Source: Gammaproteobacteria bacterium
GTDB lineage: Bacteria; Pseudomonadota; Gammaproteobacteria; UBA4575
Length of the DNA: 64,000 nucleotides
Direction of reading: 5' to 3'
NCBI GenBank assembly: GCA_965221955.1
Contig: CBDCTA010000022.1
Location: 126,103-190,102 of the forward strand
The first letter of the stretch is position 1. Each line of letters begins with the position of its first letter. Below, piece after piece: positions 1 to 10,815 of this stretch. Both the position numbers and the translations under genes were made by a program. The notes under the pieces were generated by a model. That model did not search any database. It was not told the DNA's origin and saw only the letters and a list, made by a program, of their open reading frames with translations.

Positions 1-1864
1 GTGTTTTACGAATTACAGGAATACCTTGTTTTTCAAATAAAATTTCTTGAATCTGTTTAGGTGAACTTAAATTAAATTTTTCTCCTGCAAGCTCAAAGGC
101 CTCTTTTTCAACTTCTACAATTCGCTTACTAAGTTGTTTGCCTTGTTTCTCTAATTGTTTATCATCAAGCAGCACACCATTGCGTTCTATATTTGAAAGC
201 ACCTTTAAGCATAGGTAATTCAATGGTTTCATAAAGTTCTTTTTGCTTAACTTTTTTCTTTTGCTGCAATTCTTTCCAAAAAACTTGATGTAACCGCAAT
301 ACCATATCGGCATCCTCAGCTGCATAATCCAAAGCTGTATCAAGCTCTACTTGATCAAAAGTGATTTGTTTTGCCCCCTTGCCGGCAACCTCTTCAAAAT
401 GAATATTTGTGTGATCTAAATATTTTTCACACAAAGTATCTAAATCATGTCGGCTAGCTACCGAGTTACACACATACGACTCCAACATCGTATCGTGTTG
501 TATGCCATTTAATTCAACACCATGATTTAACAATACACTTCGATCATATTTCAGGTTATGACCAATAATCTTTGCATGCTTATCATTTAGAATCGGTTCA
601 AGCAGTTTGAGTACTTCTTCTCTATTCAACTGTTTAGACACACCGGAATAAGTATGTGCGAGAGGCACATAGGCCGCCTCTCCAGCTTTAACTGAAAAAG
701 ATAATCCCACCACATTGGCTTGCATGTAATCCAAGCTATCCGTCTCGGTATCAAAGGCAACTAAATCTGGCAGCTTTGAGTTTTTTTACCCAAGCATTGA
801 AATCTTTTTTTGTCGTAGGACTGAGTTGGTAATTAGCTTCTTAACTAGGTAGCCTTCAGCATCTATAGTATCTTGTAGTTCTTCCGATTCATCACCTTCA
901 TTTAGAATCAATCAGTCACCTTCTTCTTCATTTACCCATGGCCTTCAACCAAGATTTAAACTCTAATTCTGTGTATACAAGCTTTCGTAGTGTAGAGCGT
1001 TTCCTCTTGCTTGAATGAGCTAAATCATCAATCTTGATTGACAATTCCAAGTCACAACGAATCGTGGTTAATTCTTTTGATAGAGGTATTTGGTCTAAAT
1101 GTGCACGAAATTTTTCACCCACTTTGCCTTTAATAGCATCGGCGTTTTTAATTAACTCATCCAGAGTTTCATATTCATTTAACCACTTAGCAGCCGTCTT
1201 AGGCCCTACACTGGGTACACCAGGAATATTGTCAGACTTGTCACCCGTCAGTGCGAGATATTCAATAATTTGATGTGGTGCTACACCAAATTTTTCCATC
1301 ACACCATCTGCATCCATTTTAGTATCCGTCATCGTATTCACTAAGCGTAACTTTTTCATTCACTAGTTGAGCCATATCTTTGTCACCAGTTGATATTAGT
1401 ACTTCATGACCCTGTTCAGCCGCTTGCCTTGCCAGCGTGCCGATCACATCATCAGCTTCTACACCAGATTCAGAAATTAGCGGTAATCCCAAAGTGCGCA
1501 CCATTTCGTAAAGTGGTTCAATCTGGATTTGCATATCTTCAGGCATCGGTGGACGCGTCGCTTTATAGTCTTCATACATATCATGCCGAAACGTTTTACC
1601 TTTGGCATCGAACACAACTCCAATATGGCTTGGCTCAACCTCTGCCTGAAGTCTTTTCAGCATACTAACTACTCCACGAATAACACCTGTAGGCATACCT
1701 TCGCTGTTATGTAATTCTTGTAAATTACGTATGTGATATGCGCGGTACAAATATGAAGAACCATCGACAAGTACAATAGGTGGCGTAGAGTCTGTTTTAG
1801 CCTTAGATGTCGCTTTGTTTTTTGTTTTTTTAGGCATGTAAAAGAACTTATCGCTAGTGATCAA
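1..1864 (-). pseudogene. polA: DNA polymerase I, frame-disrupted (5'-3' exonuclease, 3'-5' exonuclease and start of the polymerase domain; gene continues beyond the window start)
   Basis: ORF pieces 1319-1864, 928-1359 and 165-734, plus an untracked piece 1-~205, read as one colinear Pol I. Junctions: [14 protein letters not shown]; [18 protein letters not shown]|[10 protein letters not shown]; KKDFNAWVKKLKAA|DLVAFDTETDSLDYMQANVVGLSF; YAAEDADMVLRLH; LYETIELPMLK|VLSNIERNGVLLD...FNLSSPKQIQEILFEKQGIP. The frame changes near 1345, 925, 840, 770 and 203, and there is an in-frame TGA at 912-914. Confidence 0.85.
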
Positions 1865-2026
1865 TCAAGTTGAACGTTATCATGTCGCTAAAATTGAAGC
1901 ATGTAAGCGACTAAATATATTCCACATCTTGAGTCTGGGATCTTAGTTTAAAAGTTGAGCAAATTTATACTCCTCATATGAGAGCTCTGATTTTCTAATA
2001 GTAAAAATAAGAATAAATCTCCAAAT

Positions 2027-2965
2027 ATGTCTGTCTATACAAACATCGAGCACAACGAACTCGAAGTTTTTCTAAGTAATTATTCTTTAGGTGCACTTAT
2101 CGGTTACCAGGGCATTAATGCAGGCATCGAGAATACAAATTATTTTGTTACTACAGAGAATGGCGAATTTGTGCTCACTATTTTTGAAGAAATTGGCTTT
2201 GATGTTTTACCTTATTACCTAAATCTAATGGCACATTTATCTGATCACGGTATGCCCACGGCGCATCCCATCGCAGATTTAGACAACGACTATGTTCGTA
2301 CATTAAAAGGTAAACCTGCTGCAATCGTGCGACGCTTAGAAGGTAAAAACGAACTTCAACCTGGCAGTTCACATTGTGCCGCTGTGGGTCATGCTCTTGC
2401 ACAAATGCATACCGTAGGAAAATCATTCGAAGGTGTGCATGAAAATCCACGCGGTATTACTTGGGTAGAAAAAACTGCTGTGCGTGTGTTCAACAAGCTT
2501 TCAAACGAAGAGAAAACTATTCTCGAACAAGAAATAAATTTTCGGAAACAAACTTTACCTGATGATTTGCCTAAGGGTGTAATTCATGCAGATTTATTTC
2601 GCGACAACGTTATGTTTATGGGTCGAGCCCTCACTGGTATTATCGATTTCTATTATGCATGTAATGATTTCCTGCTATATGACTTAGCTATTACCGTAAA
2701 CGACTGGTGTAGCAATGAAAATGGTGAATTAAATATGGATTGCTACCAGGCGTTAATTCATGCATACCAAGCAGAGCGTAAACTTCATCCTCAAGAAGTA
2801 GAAACTTGGCAGTATATGTTACGTGCTGCAGCATTACGTTTTTGGCTATCACGCTTACAAGACAAGATCTTTCCCAAAGATGGTGAAATTACCCATATCA
2901 AAAACCCCGATGTATTTAAAAATATTTTATTAGCGCGTATTGGCTACGTACCCAGCCTAGTTTAA
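2027..2965 (+). CDS. thrB: homoserine kinase, type II (aminoglycoside-phosphotransferase fold)
   Basis: 312-aa ORF. The N-terminus MSVYT..L..FL..YSLG and the catalytic loop VIHADLFRDNV are typical of Pseudomonas-type ThrB. Confidence 0.8.
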   Translation: MSVYTNIEHNELEVFLSNYSLGALIGYQGINAGIENTNYFVTTENGEFVLTIFEEIGFDVLPYYLNLMAHLSDHGMPTAHPIADLDNDYVRTLKGKPAAIVRRLEGKNELQPGSSHCAAVGHALAQMHTVGKSFEGVHENPRGITWVEKTAVRVFNKLSNEEKTILEQEINFRKQTLPDDLPKGVIHADLFRDNVMFMGRALTGIIDFYYACNDFLLYDLAITVNDWCSNENGELNMDCYQALIHAYQAERKLHPQEVETWQYMLRAAALRFWLSRLQDKIFPKDGEITHIKNPDVFKNILLARIGYVPSLV

Positions 2966-2978
2966 ATAAGTTTAGTTG

Positions 2979-3476
2979 ATGGAAAGCCTGTGTAACAAAA
3001 TTGATGCGTTTAACGAACGTGTCGGTCAATACATTGCATGGTTTGTTCTTGCTATGGTTTGTGTAACCTTTTTAGTTGTTGTAATGCGTTATGGCTTTAA
3101 CTTTGGTCGCATTGCAATGCAAGAATCAATAACCTACATGCATGCATTAGTCTTCATGCTCGCAGGTGCATATACCTTAAAACACAACGAACATGTGCGT
3201 GTTGATATTTTTTATCAAGACATGTCGCCGCATAATAAAGCCAAAGTAGATTTTTTTGGTACTCTATTTTTGTTGCTACCTTTCACATGTTTCATTGTTT
3301 GGGTTAGTTTTAATTATGTGAGCAACTCATGGAAATTACTGGAAGGTTCACGTGAAGCTGGGGGCTTACCTTTAGTTTATCTTTTAAAAACGCTAATCCC
3401 ATTAATGGCGATTTTGTTATTTCTGCAAGCCGTTTCTTTAGCAGGACGGGCTTGGATAACGCTGAGAAAACAATAA
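2979..3476 (+). CDS. TRAP transporter small permease subunit (DctQ-like)
   Basis: About 165 aa with 4 hydrophobic segments, immediately followed by a DctM-like gene. ATG at 2979; the ORF track starts at TTG 2976. Confidence 0.75.
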   Translation: MESLCNKIDAFNERVGQYIAWFVLAMVCVTFLVVVMRYGFNFGRIAMQESITYMHALVFMLAGAYTLKHNEHVRVDIFYQDMSPHNKAKVDFFGTLFLLLPFTCFIVWVSFNYVSNSWKLLEGSREAGGLPLVYLLKTLIPLMAILLFLQAVSLAGRAWITLRKQ

Positions 3477-3488
3477 CAGCATACATAA

Positions 3489-4862
3489 ATGGAAATTATT
3501 GCTTTTATATTATTCCTAGCTGTTATTGGTGTATTGCTATTTGGCTTCCCAGTGGCTTTTACACTCGCAGGGGTCTCGCTGATGTTTGCTTTTGTGGGAA
3601 TACTTACAGGTCACTTTGATCTCGCGCTATTGCATGCTTTCCCAAGTCGTTTGTTCGGCATCATGACAAATGAAACATTAATTGCTGTTCCACTTTTTGT
3701 CTTCATGGGCGTAATGCTAGAACGCTCTAATATCGCCGAAGAACTACTCGATTCGATGGCATCACTTTTTGGCGCTTTGCGAGGAGGGTTGGGAATCTCA
3801 GTGGTGTTAGTGGGTATGTTATTAGCTGCAAGTACAGGCATCGTTGGTGCTACGGTAGTGACCTTGGGACTATTATCCTTACCTACTATGTTAAATCGAG
3901 GTTATCGAAGCGATGTTTCTACTGGTTTAATTTGCGCATCAGGCACCTTAGGACAAATCATTCCACCTTCGATTATTCTAGTTCTGCTCGGAGATATTCT
4001 TTCTTCTGCTTATCAACAGGCGCAACTTAAACAAGGCATATTCTCTCCAGAAACAGTATCCGTAGGTGATTTATTTTTAGGCGCTGTCTTTCCAGGTTTA
4101 CTACTCGTTGCTTTGTATCTCTTTTATCTAATTTTCATCGCCTGGACAAAACCTGATGCGATGCCTGCCATTCCACAACAAAATGATATCGATTTTACAA
4201 CTTGGTTAAAACGTATTTTGCGTGCACTTTTACCACCAATCATTTTAATTGTTGCTGTACTAGGCTCTATATTTAAAGGCATTGCCACACCTACAGAAGC
4301 AGCATCTGTAGGTGCAGTCGGCGCAATTTTATTAGCACTGTTTAATCGTCGTTTAGATATACAATGTTTAAAAGATGTCATGCAACGTTCGGCACGTGTT
4401 ACTTGTATGGTATTTATGATTTTTATAGGTGCTTCTATTTTCTCTTTGGTGTTTCGTGGCTATGGGGGCGATGTTGCAGTACATGAATTGCTTACTCAAT
4501 TACCAGGCGGTGTTTTTTCAGCAGTTTTTATTGTCATGTTATTAATGTTCTTGCTTGGTTTTATTTTAGACTTCATTGAAATTACTTTTGTAGTGGTGCC
4601 CATTGTTGGGCCCGTATTGCTCACCTTGGGAGTAGATCCGGTTTGGTTAGGTGTGATGATTGCGATTAATTTACAAACTTCTTTTTTAACCCCGCCATTT
4701 GGCTTTGCATTGTTTTATTTGCGCGGTGTTGCGCCGAAAGAGATTCAAACCAAACAAATTTACAAAGGTGTTGCACCTTTTATTGCCATTCAAGTGTTTG
4801 CATTGATGTTGATCGCATACTTTCCCGAGCTCGCAACTTGGTTGCCGCAAAAAGTTTACTAG
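3489..4862 (+). CDS. TRAP transporter large permease subunit (DctM-like)
   Basis: 457-aa polytopic membrane protein. Its size and its position after the DctQ-like gene fit a TRAP DctM. Confidence 0.8.
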   Translation: MEIIAFILFLAVIGVLLFGFPVAFTLAGVSLMFAFVGILTGHFDLALLHAFPSRLFGIMTNETLIAVPLFVFMGVMLERSNIAEELLDSMASLFGALRGGLGISVVLVGMLLAASTGIVGATVVTLGLLSLPTMLNRGYRSDVSTGLICASGTLGQIIPPSIILVLLGDILSSAYQQAQLKQGIFSPETVSVGDLFLGAVFPGLLLVALYLFYLIFIAWTKPDAMPAIPQQNDIDFTTWLKRILRALLPPIILIVAVLGSIFKGIATPTEAASVGAVGAILLALFNRRLDIQCLKDVMQRSARVTCMVFMIFIGASIFSLVFRGYGGDVAVHELLTQLPGGVFSAVFIVMLLMFLLGFILDFIEITFVVVPIVGPVLLTLGVDPVWLGVMIAINLQTSFLTPPFGFALFYLRGVAPKEIQTKQIYKGVAPFIAIQVFALMLIAYFPELATWLPQKVY

Positions 4863-4967
4863 AAGTTTTAAAAAAACTATTCAGGCATAAAAAACGGCGC
4901 CAATAAAATATTATCTGGAGCCGTTGTTCTAAGATAATTTATGGGAAAATTTATCGAAAAAGTTTCT

Positions 4968-5207
4968 TTAACCGTATGGTGAGAAAGTAGGTACTAATTG
5001 GAAATAGGCAAAAATAATTAAAATTGCATAACTAATTCCAAATACCAACATAATAGCTTTATTTGTGGCTGTTATTTCTTTCCCCGTAGAACGTATCGGC
5101 AAGGATGCAATATAAAGCGCTATAAGTAAGTTAGCTAAGAAAAATAATTGTGTGGTGTATTCCTTGGCATCCCACATGGTGCGCCATTTGACAAAAAGGT
5201 CTTCCAC
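4968..5207 (-). CDS. hypothetical small membrane protein (2 TM)
   Basis: 79-aa ORF with a GTG start 7 nt after a perfect AGGAGG, lying downstream of the TRAP binding-protein gene on the same strand. Confidence 0.5.
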   Translation of the reverse strand: MEDLFVKWRTMWDAKEYTTQLFFLANLLIALYIASLPIRSTGKEITATNKAIMLVFGISYAILIIFAYFQLVPTFSPYG

Positions 5208-5278
5208 AATATTGCCTCCTTTCCTGTATTTTTATTATGGTTATTATGTTGTGATTAAATTCAATGGTGTGTTGTAGT

Positions 5279-6394
5279 CTATCCAGTGCGTAAGTTCAAG
5301 TAGGCACGTTCTGAAATATCTAGCCAGGCACGAGATTTATTGAAGAAATTTGTATAAGAATCATAGATCTCGCGCGCCAATGGGTCAGTATAGCCCAATT
5401 CAGCTGTCACCTCTTTTGATAGCGCAGCAAGCTTACTAATCACATCATCTGGCAATTTACGTACATCAACATTGTGTTCATTCACTAAGGTATCCAGTGC
5501 ATCGTTATTACGCGCGATATATTCCAAAGCCATATCCTGATTTGCCACTCGACATGCATTCATTACGATAGCTTGTAAGTCAGCAGGCAGCTCTGCAAAG
5601 GCTTCTTGGTTAATAAAGCACTCAAGCGTTGTACCAGGCTCATGCCAACCAGGGTAATAATAATATTTCGCAATTTTATGAAACCCAAAGGCAAGATCAT
5701 TGTAGGGTCCCACCCACTCTGTGGCATCTATATTTCCGGATTGCAATGAAGTAAACAATTCACCTCCAGGCAAATTCACCGGTGTGCCTCCAGCACGTTT
5801 TAGTACTTCACCCCCTAGACCAGGAATGCGCATTTTTAAACCTTTCAAGTCTTCAAGCGTATTTATTTCTTTATTAAACCAACCTGCCATTTGCACATTT
5901 GTATTACCCGCAGCAGCAGGCACTAAACCAAATTGTTTATACGCTTCTTGCCAAAGTTCCATGCCACCCCCATGGTACAACCAAGCATTCATCTCCATCG
6001 CTGTCATACCAAAAGGAGTTGTAGAGAAAAACTGTAATGCAGAATTTTTACCTTTCCAGTAATACGCAGAACCATGGCCCATTTGTGCCGAGCCATTCGA
6101 TACGGCATCAAATATTTCAAATGCAGGTACCAACTCACCTGCACCATAAACGGTTACGTGAATGCGTCCATTCGACATTTCATTAATTTGTTTAGCCAAA
6201 AACTCTGCACCAGTTCCTAAACCTGGAAAATTTTTCGGCCAGGTAGTCACCATTTTCCATTGCCAAGTTTTAGCTGGAGATGTACTTGCTTGCTGTGCAC
6301 TCGCATCACTTTTCTCCTCACCTTTGCAACCGGCTAATCCAGCACCTGTAAATGCACTCACTCCTGCGTACTGTAAAAATTTTCTTCTTTGCAT
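5279..6394 (-). CDS. TRAP transporter substrate-binding protein (DctP superfamily) with a twin-arginine-like signal and lipobox
   Basis: 371 aa. The N-terminus MQRRKFLQYAGVSAFTGAGLAGC has an RR motif and an LAGC lipobox. It is adjacent to and convergent with the DctQ/DctM genes. Confidence 0.75.
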   Translation of the reverse strand: MQRRKFLQYAGVSAFTGAGLAGCKGEEKSDASAQQASTSPAKTWQWKMVTTWPKNFPGLGTGAEFLAKQINEMSNGRIHVTVYGAGELVPAFEIFDAVSNGSAQMGHGSAYYWKGKNSALQFFSTTPFGMTAMEMNAWLYHGGGMELWQEAYKQFGLVPAAAGNTNVQMAGWFNKEINTLEDLKGLKMRIPGLGGEVLKRAGGTPVNLPGGELFTSLQSGNIDATEWVGPYNDLAFGFHKIAKYYYYPGWHEPGTTLECFINQEAFAELPADLQAIVMNACRVANQDMALEYIARNNDALDTLVNEHNVDVRKLPDDVISKLAALSKEVTAELGYTDPLAREIYDSYTNFFNKSRAWLDISERAYLNLRTG

Positions 6395-6430
6395 AATGAT
6401 TATTTTTAAAAGTTGATTAAATTAAAATAA

Positions 6431-8620
6431 TTAGGCAATTACATTTAAATTCGCGTACGCAAGCACTAGCCATTTGCTCCCCGCATCTTCAAAATGAACT
6501 TGCACTCTTGCACTACTGCCTTTGCCTTCACAGTCTAACACTACACCTTCACCAAATTTTGCATGCGATACACGCCCACCAATTTTAATTCCTGTGTCTG
6601 CAAGTGCATCCGCTTTAGTACTCATACCATTAACCATGGTTGAAGGCTTACGCATCGGTTGCGTCACCATGGCACGCGGGCGTACTTCTGCAATTAAATC
6701 CGACGGAATTTCACTAATGAATCGTGATGGAGGGTTGTAGTTATCAGAGCCATATTGACGTCTTGACTCAGCATAGGTCATAACTAATTGCTTTCGAGCT
6801 CGCGTAATACCTACATAACAAAGCCTACGCTCTTCTTCTAACTTGCCGTGCTCCTCCATCGACATATTGGATGGAAACAAACCATCTTCCATACCTACTA
6901 AAAACACCAATGGAAATTCTAACCCTTTCGCTGCATGCAAAGTCATTAACTGCACACAATCATCCCACTGCGCACCTTGACCTTCGCCAGCCTCTAAAGC
7001 AGCATGCGTTAAAAATGCATCTAACGGGGTCATGCCCTCATACAGTTCGTTATCCATATGAAAACCGCGCGCCGCAACCACTAGCTCTTCCAAGTTCTCT
7101 ACACGTGACTTGGCTTTCTCGCTGCCATCTTTCCCATGATGCACCATCAAGCCTGACATCTGCACAACATGATCCACTTGCTCACTAAGTTCTAACTCAG
7201 CAATATCTTGAGATAGTTTCGCCATTAAATTCATAAATTGTGCCACGACATTCGAGGCACGCGCAGCTAACAAACTAGATTGCAAAACTTTCTCTGCAGC
7301 TTGCCACATAGTTAATTGATGTTGTTTAGCAAAATCACGAATCAATGCAACGGTGCGTTGCCCAATGCCACGAGTAGGTACATTGATAATGCGCTCAAAA
7401 GATGGATCATCATCTGTATTTTTTGCTAAACGTAAATAAGCCAGTGCGTCTTTAATTTCTGCACGTTCAAAGAAACGTAAACCGCCATATACACGGTACG
7501 GAATACTTTGTGAGATAAAAACTTCTTCAAACATGCGTGATTGCGCATTAGAGCGATATAAAATGGCTACTTCTTCGCGCCTGCCATTACAGGTATCGAT
7601 CCAGTGTTTAATTTTATCCGCGACAAAACGCGCTTCATCTTGCTCATTAAAAGAGGCATATAAATAAATCGGATCGCCATCATCTCCTTCAGTCCATAAT
7701 TTTTTACCCATACGACCTTGATTATTATCGATCAAGGAATTTGCCGCAGATAAAATAGTGTTGGTTGAACGATAGTTTTGTTCTAAACGAAATAATTGCG
7801 AGCCGGTAAAGTCTTTTTCAAAACTTTGAATATTTTCAATACGTGCCCCTCGCCAACCATATATAGATTGATCATCATCGCCTACCGCAAAAATTGGATT
7901 TTGATCCCCTGCTAATAACCTCAGCCAAAAATATTGAATGGAATTCGTATCTTGAAATTCATCTACCAAAATATGACGAAACTTGGTTTGATAATGAGCC
8001 AGCAACTCTGGATTTTGTTTTAACAATTCCAAGCTACGCAGCAACAATTCAGCAAAATCCACCAGGCCGGTTTGCTCACAGGCCTCTTGGTAGGCGGTGT
8101 AAATTCGAATCAGTTGGCGCTGTGTGATATCACCATTGTCATGTAAATCTTTAGGCCTATGACCTTCTTCTTTTTGAGAGTTGATAAACCAACATGCGTG
8201 TTTATGTGGCCATTTGTCATCATCTAAACCTAAACCTTGGATTACACGCTTTACTAAACGCAGTTGATCGCCACTGTCTAATATTTGAAAACTTTGTTTG
8301 AGATTGGCTTCTTGCCAATGCGCACGTAACATTCGATGTGAAATGCCATGAAAGGTGCCCATCCACATGCCAGCTAGATGATGATTGAGCAATTCTTCCA
8401 CTCTAGCACGCATTTCTGCTGCAGCTTTATTAGTAAACGTTACTGCTAGAATACTGAAGGGCGAAACGCCTTCCACTTCGCATAGCCAGGCAATACGGTG
8501 TACTAATACGCGTGTTTTCCCACTGCCAGCCCCAGCAATGACTAATGAAGGTGCTGGAGGAGCACTAACCGCCTCGCGTTGTGCCTCGTTTAGAGGATCC
8601 AAAATAGGTGTTACATCCAT
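6431..8620 (-). CDS. uvrD: DNA helicase II (UvrD)
   Basis: SF1 helicase motifs AGAGSGKT, VDEFQDTN and LEQNYRS; about 729 aa. I prefer the start at MDVTPILDPLNEAQ (8620), 2 nt after the ubiB stop. Confidence 0.9.
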   Translation of the reverse strand: MDVTPILDPLNEAQREAVSAPPAPSLVIAGAGSGKTRVLVHRIAWLCEVEGVSPFSILAVTFTNKAAAEMRARVEELLNHHLAGMWMGTFHGISHRMLRAHWQEANLKQSFQILDSGDQLRLVKRVIQGLGLDDDKWPHKHACWFINSQKEEGHRPKDLHDNGDITQRQLIRIYTAYQEACEQTGLVDFAELLLRSLELLKQNPELLAHYQTKFRHILVDEFQDTNSIQYFWLRLLAGDQNPIFAVGDDDQSIYGWRGARIENIQSFEKDFTGSQLFRLEQNYRSTNTILSAANSLIDNNQGRMGKKLWTEGDDGDPIYLYASFNEQDEARFVADKIKHWIDTCNGRREEVAILYRSNAQSRMFEEVFISQSIPYRVYGGLRFFERAEIKDALAYLRLAKNTDDDPSFERIINVPTRGIGQRTVALIRDFAKQHQLTMWQAAEKVLQSSLLAARASNVVAQFMNLMAKLSQDIAELELSEQVDHVVQMSGLMVHHGKDGSEKAKSRVENLEELVVAARGFHMDNELYEGMTPLDAFLTHAALEAGEGQGAQWDDCVQLMTLHAAKGLEFPLVFLVGMEDGLFPSNMSMEEHGKLEEERRLCYVGITRARKQLVMTYAESRRQYGSDNYNPPSRFISEIPSDLIAEVRPRAMVTQPMRKPSTMVNGMSTKADALADTGIKIGGRVSHAKFGEGVVLDCEGKGSSARVQVHFEDAGSKWLVLAYANLNVIA

Positions 8621-8622
8621 AC

Positions 8623-10185
8623 CTAAAAAAACCACAAGGCAGCAACCACACCAGCAAACCCTAGTGCCAGTGCATACAACAAGTTTCGGTTAGATTTTTT
8701 AATTTCTTTCCGCAGTTCAATAAGCTCTTGGCTATGCATTTCAAGTTTAGTTTGTCCCTTTTCGAAAGTTTTCATAGTGGAATACACTAGATCCGGAATT
8801 TCTGGTAAGCGTTCTGCTAAACGAGGAAGTTGTTTACGAATTCCAGAAGCAAGTGCGCGAACACCTACCTGCTCACTCATCCATCGATCTAAAAATGGCT
8901 TAGCCGTTTTCCAAAGATCTAAATCAGGGTCTAAGGTTCGGCCTAAGCCTTCGATGTTCAACAGTGTTTTTTGTAGTAATACAAGTTGCGGTTGCACTTC
9001 CATATCAAAGCGTCGCGCGGTTTGGAATAAACGCAACAATAAACTACCAAATGAAATTTCACTTAATGGTCGTTGGAAAATAGGTTCACAAACGGTTCGA
9101 ATCGCAGATTCAAATTGATCCACCCTTGTATAGGATGGCACCCAACCTGACTCTAAGTGCAATTCTGCAACACGGCGATAATCACGATTCAGAAACGCTA
9201 AAAGATTCTCTGCAAGGTAGCGTTGGTCTGAAGGCGATAAAGTGCCCATGATGCCAAAATCAACACCCACATATTTAGGATCTTCCGGGTTTTCAAAAGA
9301 CACAAATATATTTCCCGGATGCATGTCTGCATGAAAAAAATTATGGCTAAACACTTGAGTGAAAAAGATATGACTGCCACGATCTGACAGTTTCTTTAAA
9401 TTCACGCCATGTTTACGCAATGCATCAATATCATTGACCGGAATACCATAAATACGTTCTTGCACCATGACATTGCGTGTGCATAAATCAAAATACACTT
9501 CCGGCACATACAAGTCAGTAGAGTTTTCAAAATTCCTGCGCAGCTGGCTCGCGTTAGAAGCTTCACGCATCAAATCCAATTCATCCATGATGATTTGTTC
9601 GTACTCATCTACGACTTCTTTAGGACGCAAACGTCGACCGTCTTCCCAATAACGATGCGCAATGGATGCCAAAGCATGCATGAGCTCTAAGTCTTTACGT
9701 ACTTGCTTTTGCACACCTGGTCGCAAGACTTTCACCACCACATCGGTACCGTCATGTAATTTGGCAGTGTGTACTTGAGCAATAGAGGCCGAAGCCAATG
9801 GCTCCACACTAAATTCAGCAAAGGTTTCGCTTACCGGCTCTTTAAATGCTTTTTCGATGATCTCGCGTGCAACTTCACCAGAGAAAGGTGGAACACGATC
9901 TTGTAACAAGGCTAATTCATTGGCGATATCCTCAGGTAATAAATCACGCCGTGTAGAAAGTGCCTGCCCAAACTTTACAAAGATGGGGCCTAAGTCTTCA
10001 AGTGCGCGACGAATGCGCGCTCCGTGGCTAGTTTCAAGCTTTCTAAACCAGTGCCAGGGTAATAAATACAATAAGAAACGAATCGGACGGAAAAACGGGA
10101 CTGCAAGTAATACCTCTTCCAATCCATGCCGAAACAGCACGACATTAATATGCAAGATACGAAATAATAAACGTATATAACGCAT
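8623..10185 (-). CDS. ubiB: ubiquinone biosynthesis regulatory kinase UbiB (ABC1 family)
   Basis: 520 aa with ASASIAQVH and HADMHPGNIF motifs and C-terminal TM helices. Sits in the ubiE-ubiJ-ubiB order. Confidence 0.9.
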   Translation of the reverse strand: MRYIRLLFRILHINVVLFRHGLEEVLLAVPFFRPIRFLLYLLPWHWFRKLETSHGARIRRALEDLGPIFVKFGQALSTRRDLLPEDIANELALLQDRVPPFSGEVAREIIEKAFKEPVSETFAEFSVEPLASASIAQVHTAKLHDGTDVVVKVLRPGVQKQVRKDLELMHALASIAHRYWEDGRRLRPKEVVDEYEQIIMDELDLMREASNASQLRRNFENSTDLYVPEVYFDLCTRNVMVQERIYGIPVNDIDALRKHGVNLKKLSDRGSHIFFTQVFSHNFFHADMHPGNIFVSFENPEDPKYVGVDFGIMGTLSPSDQRYLAENLLAFLNRDYRRVAELHLESGWVPSYTRVDQFESAIRTVCEPIFQRPLSEISFGSLLLRLFQTARRFDMEVQPQLVLLQKTLLNIEGLGRTLDPDLDLWKTAKPFLDRWMSEQVGVRALASGIRKQLPRLAERLPEIPDLVYSTMKTFEKGQTKLEMHSQELIELRKEIKKSNRNLLYALALGFAGVVAALWFF

Positions 10186-10803
10186 TTAAGGTTTTGAGCT
10201 ATTTTCTAAGCGTTGAATACGTGCTTCTAAGCGTTGCACATGCGCATCAAAATCATCGACATCACTCATAAAGCGATTGATTTCAACTTTAGTCGGCAAA
10301 ATGCGGGATTCTTCTTGTAAGTATTCACTCACATCCATGCGAAAATTATCTACCGAACGTTTTCTATAGCTTCCAAAACGTTTTGCAAACACACCTAACT
10401 GATAAGCGACCGAGTCTCCAACATATTTTGATGCGACTTCTTCCCAATCAATATCCACTTCTTTAAAAATACGACGTAGCTGATTGGCAAACTCTACATC
10501 ACCTTCAATTTTTAAAGAGCCATTATTTAACATCGTTTGGTAATCTGTACCTAAGCCCATTCTTACTAAGCTGATGATGCTGGATTGTATTGTTGTAGTG
10601 AATGTTTGTGTAGTCTCATCTTCATCCACTTCATGTTCACTCACCACAATGCTAGATGGCCCAGGCGTCACCACAAACTCTTTATCAATATCAGCTAAGT
10701 GTACTAATAAACATTGACCCTCATATTGATCCAATTTTGCTGCAATCTCCGGATCACTATCCAAATATTTTTGCACTGCATTATTGATGAGCTTAAGTAA
10801 CAT
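10186..10803 (-). CDS. ubiJ: ubiquinone biosynthesis accessory factor UbiJ (SCP2 domain)
   Basis: 205 aa located between ubiE and ubiB, with an SCP2-like N-terminal half and a coiled-coil tail (RLEARIQRLE). Confidence 0.75.
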   Translation of the reverse strand: MLLKLINNAVQKYLDSDPEIAAKLDQYEGQCLLVHLADIDKEFVVTPGPSSIVVSEHEVDEDETTQTFTTTIQSSIISLVRMGLGTDYQTMLNNGSLKIEGDVEFANQLRRIFKEVDIDWEEVASKYVGDSVAYQLGVFAKRFGSYRKRSVDNFRMDVSEYLQEESRILPTKVEINRFMSDVDDFDAHVQRLEARIQRLENSSKP

Positions 10804-10815
10804 GTTTGAATAATT

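Noticed and set aside
1034-1714. ORFs 1034-1273, 1390-1668 and 1529-1714 on the plus strand
   Set aside because: They lie antisense to recognisable Pol I coding sequence, have no ribosome-binding site or family signal, and look like shadow ORFs.
5225-5250. 17-nt identity TTTATTATGGTTATTAT shared by the upstream regions of the small membrane gene (5232) and the DUF4332 gene (about 52763)
   Set aside because: It is a pure A/T-rich low-complexity string in an AT-rich genome. Only two copies exist, at different distances from the start codons, so a chance match is plausible. It is worth only a genome-wide count.
5721-6416. Plus-strand ORFs 5721-6062 and 6162-6416
   Set aside because: They lie antisense within the TRAP binding-protein gene and have Pro/Ser/Cys-rich shadow composition.
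9070-9095. tRNA-like T-arm string GGTTCGAATC
   Set aside because: It lies inside the ubiB coding region on the opposite strand, and no acceptor or anticodon stems can be drawn around it. I found no tRNA, rRNA or tmRNA anywhere in the window.
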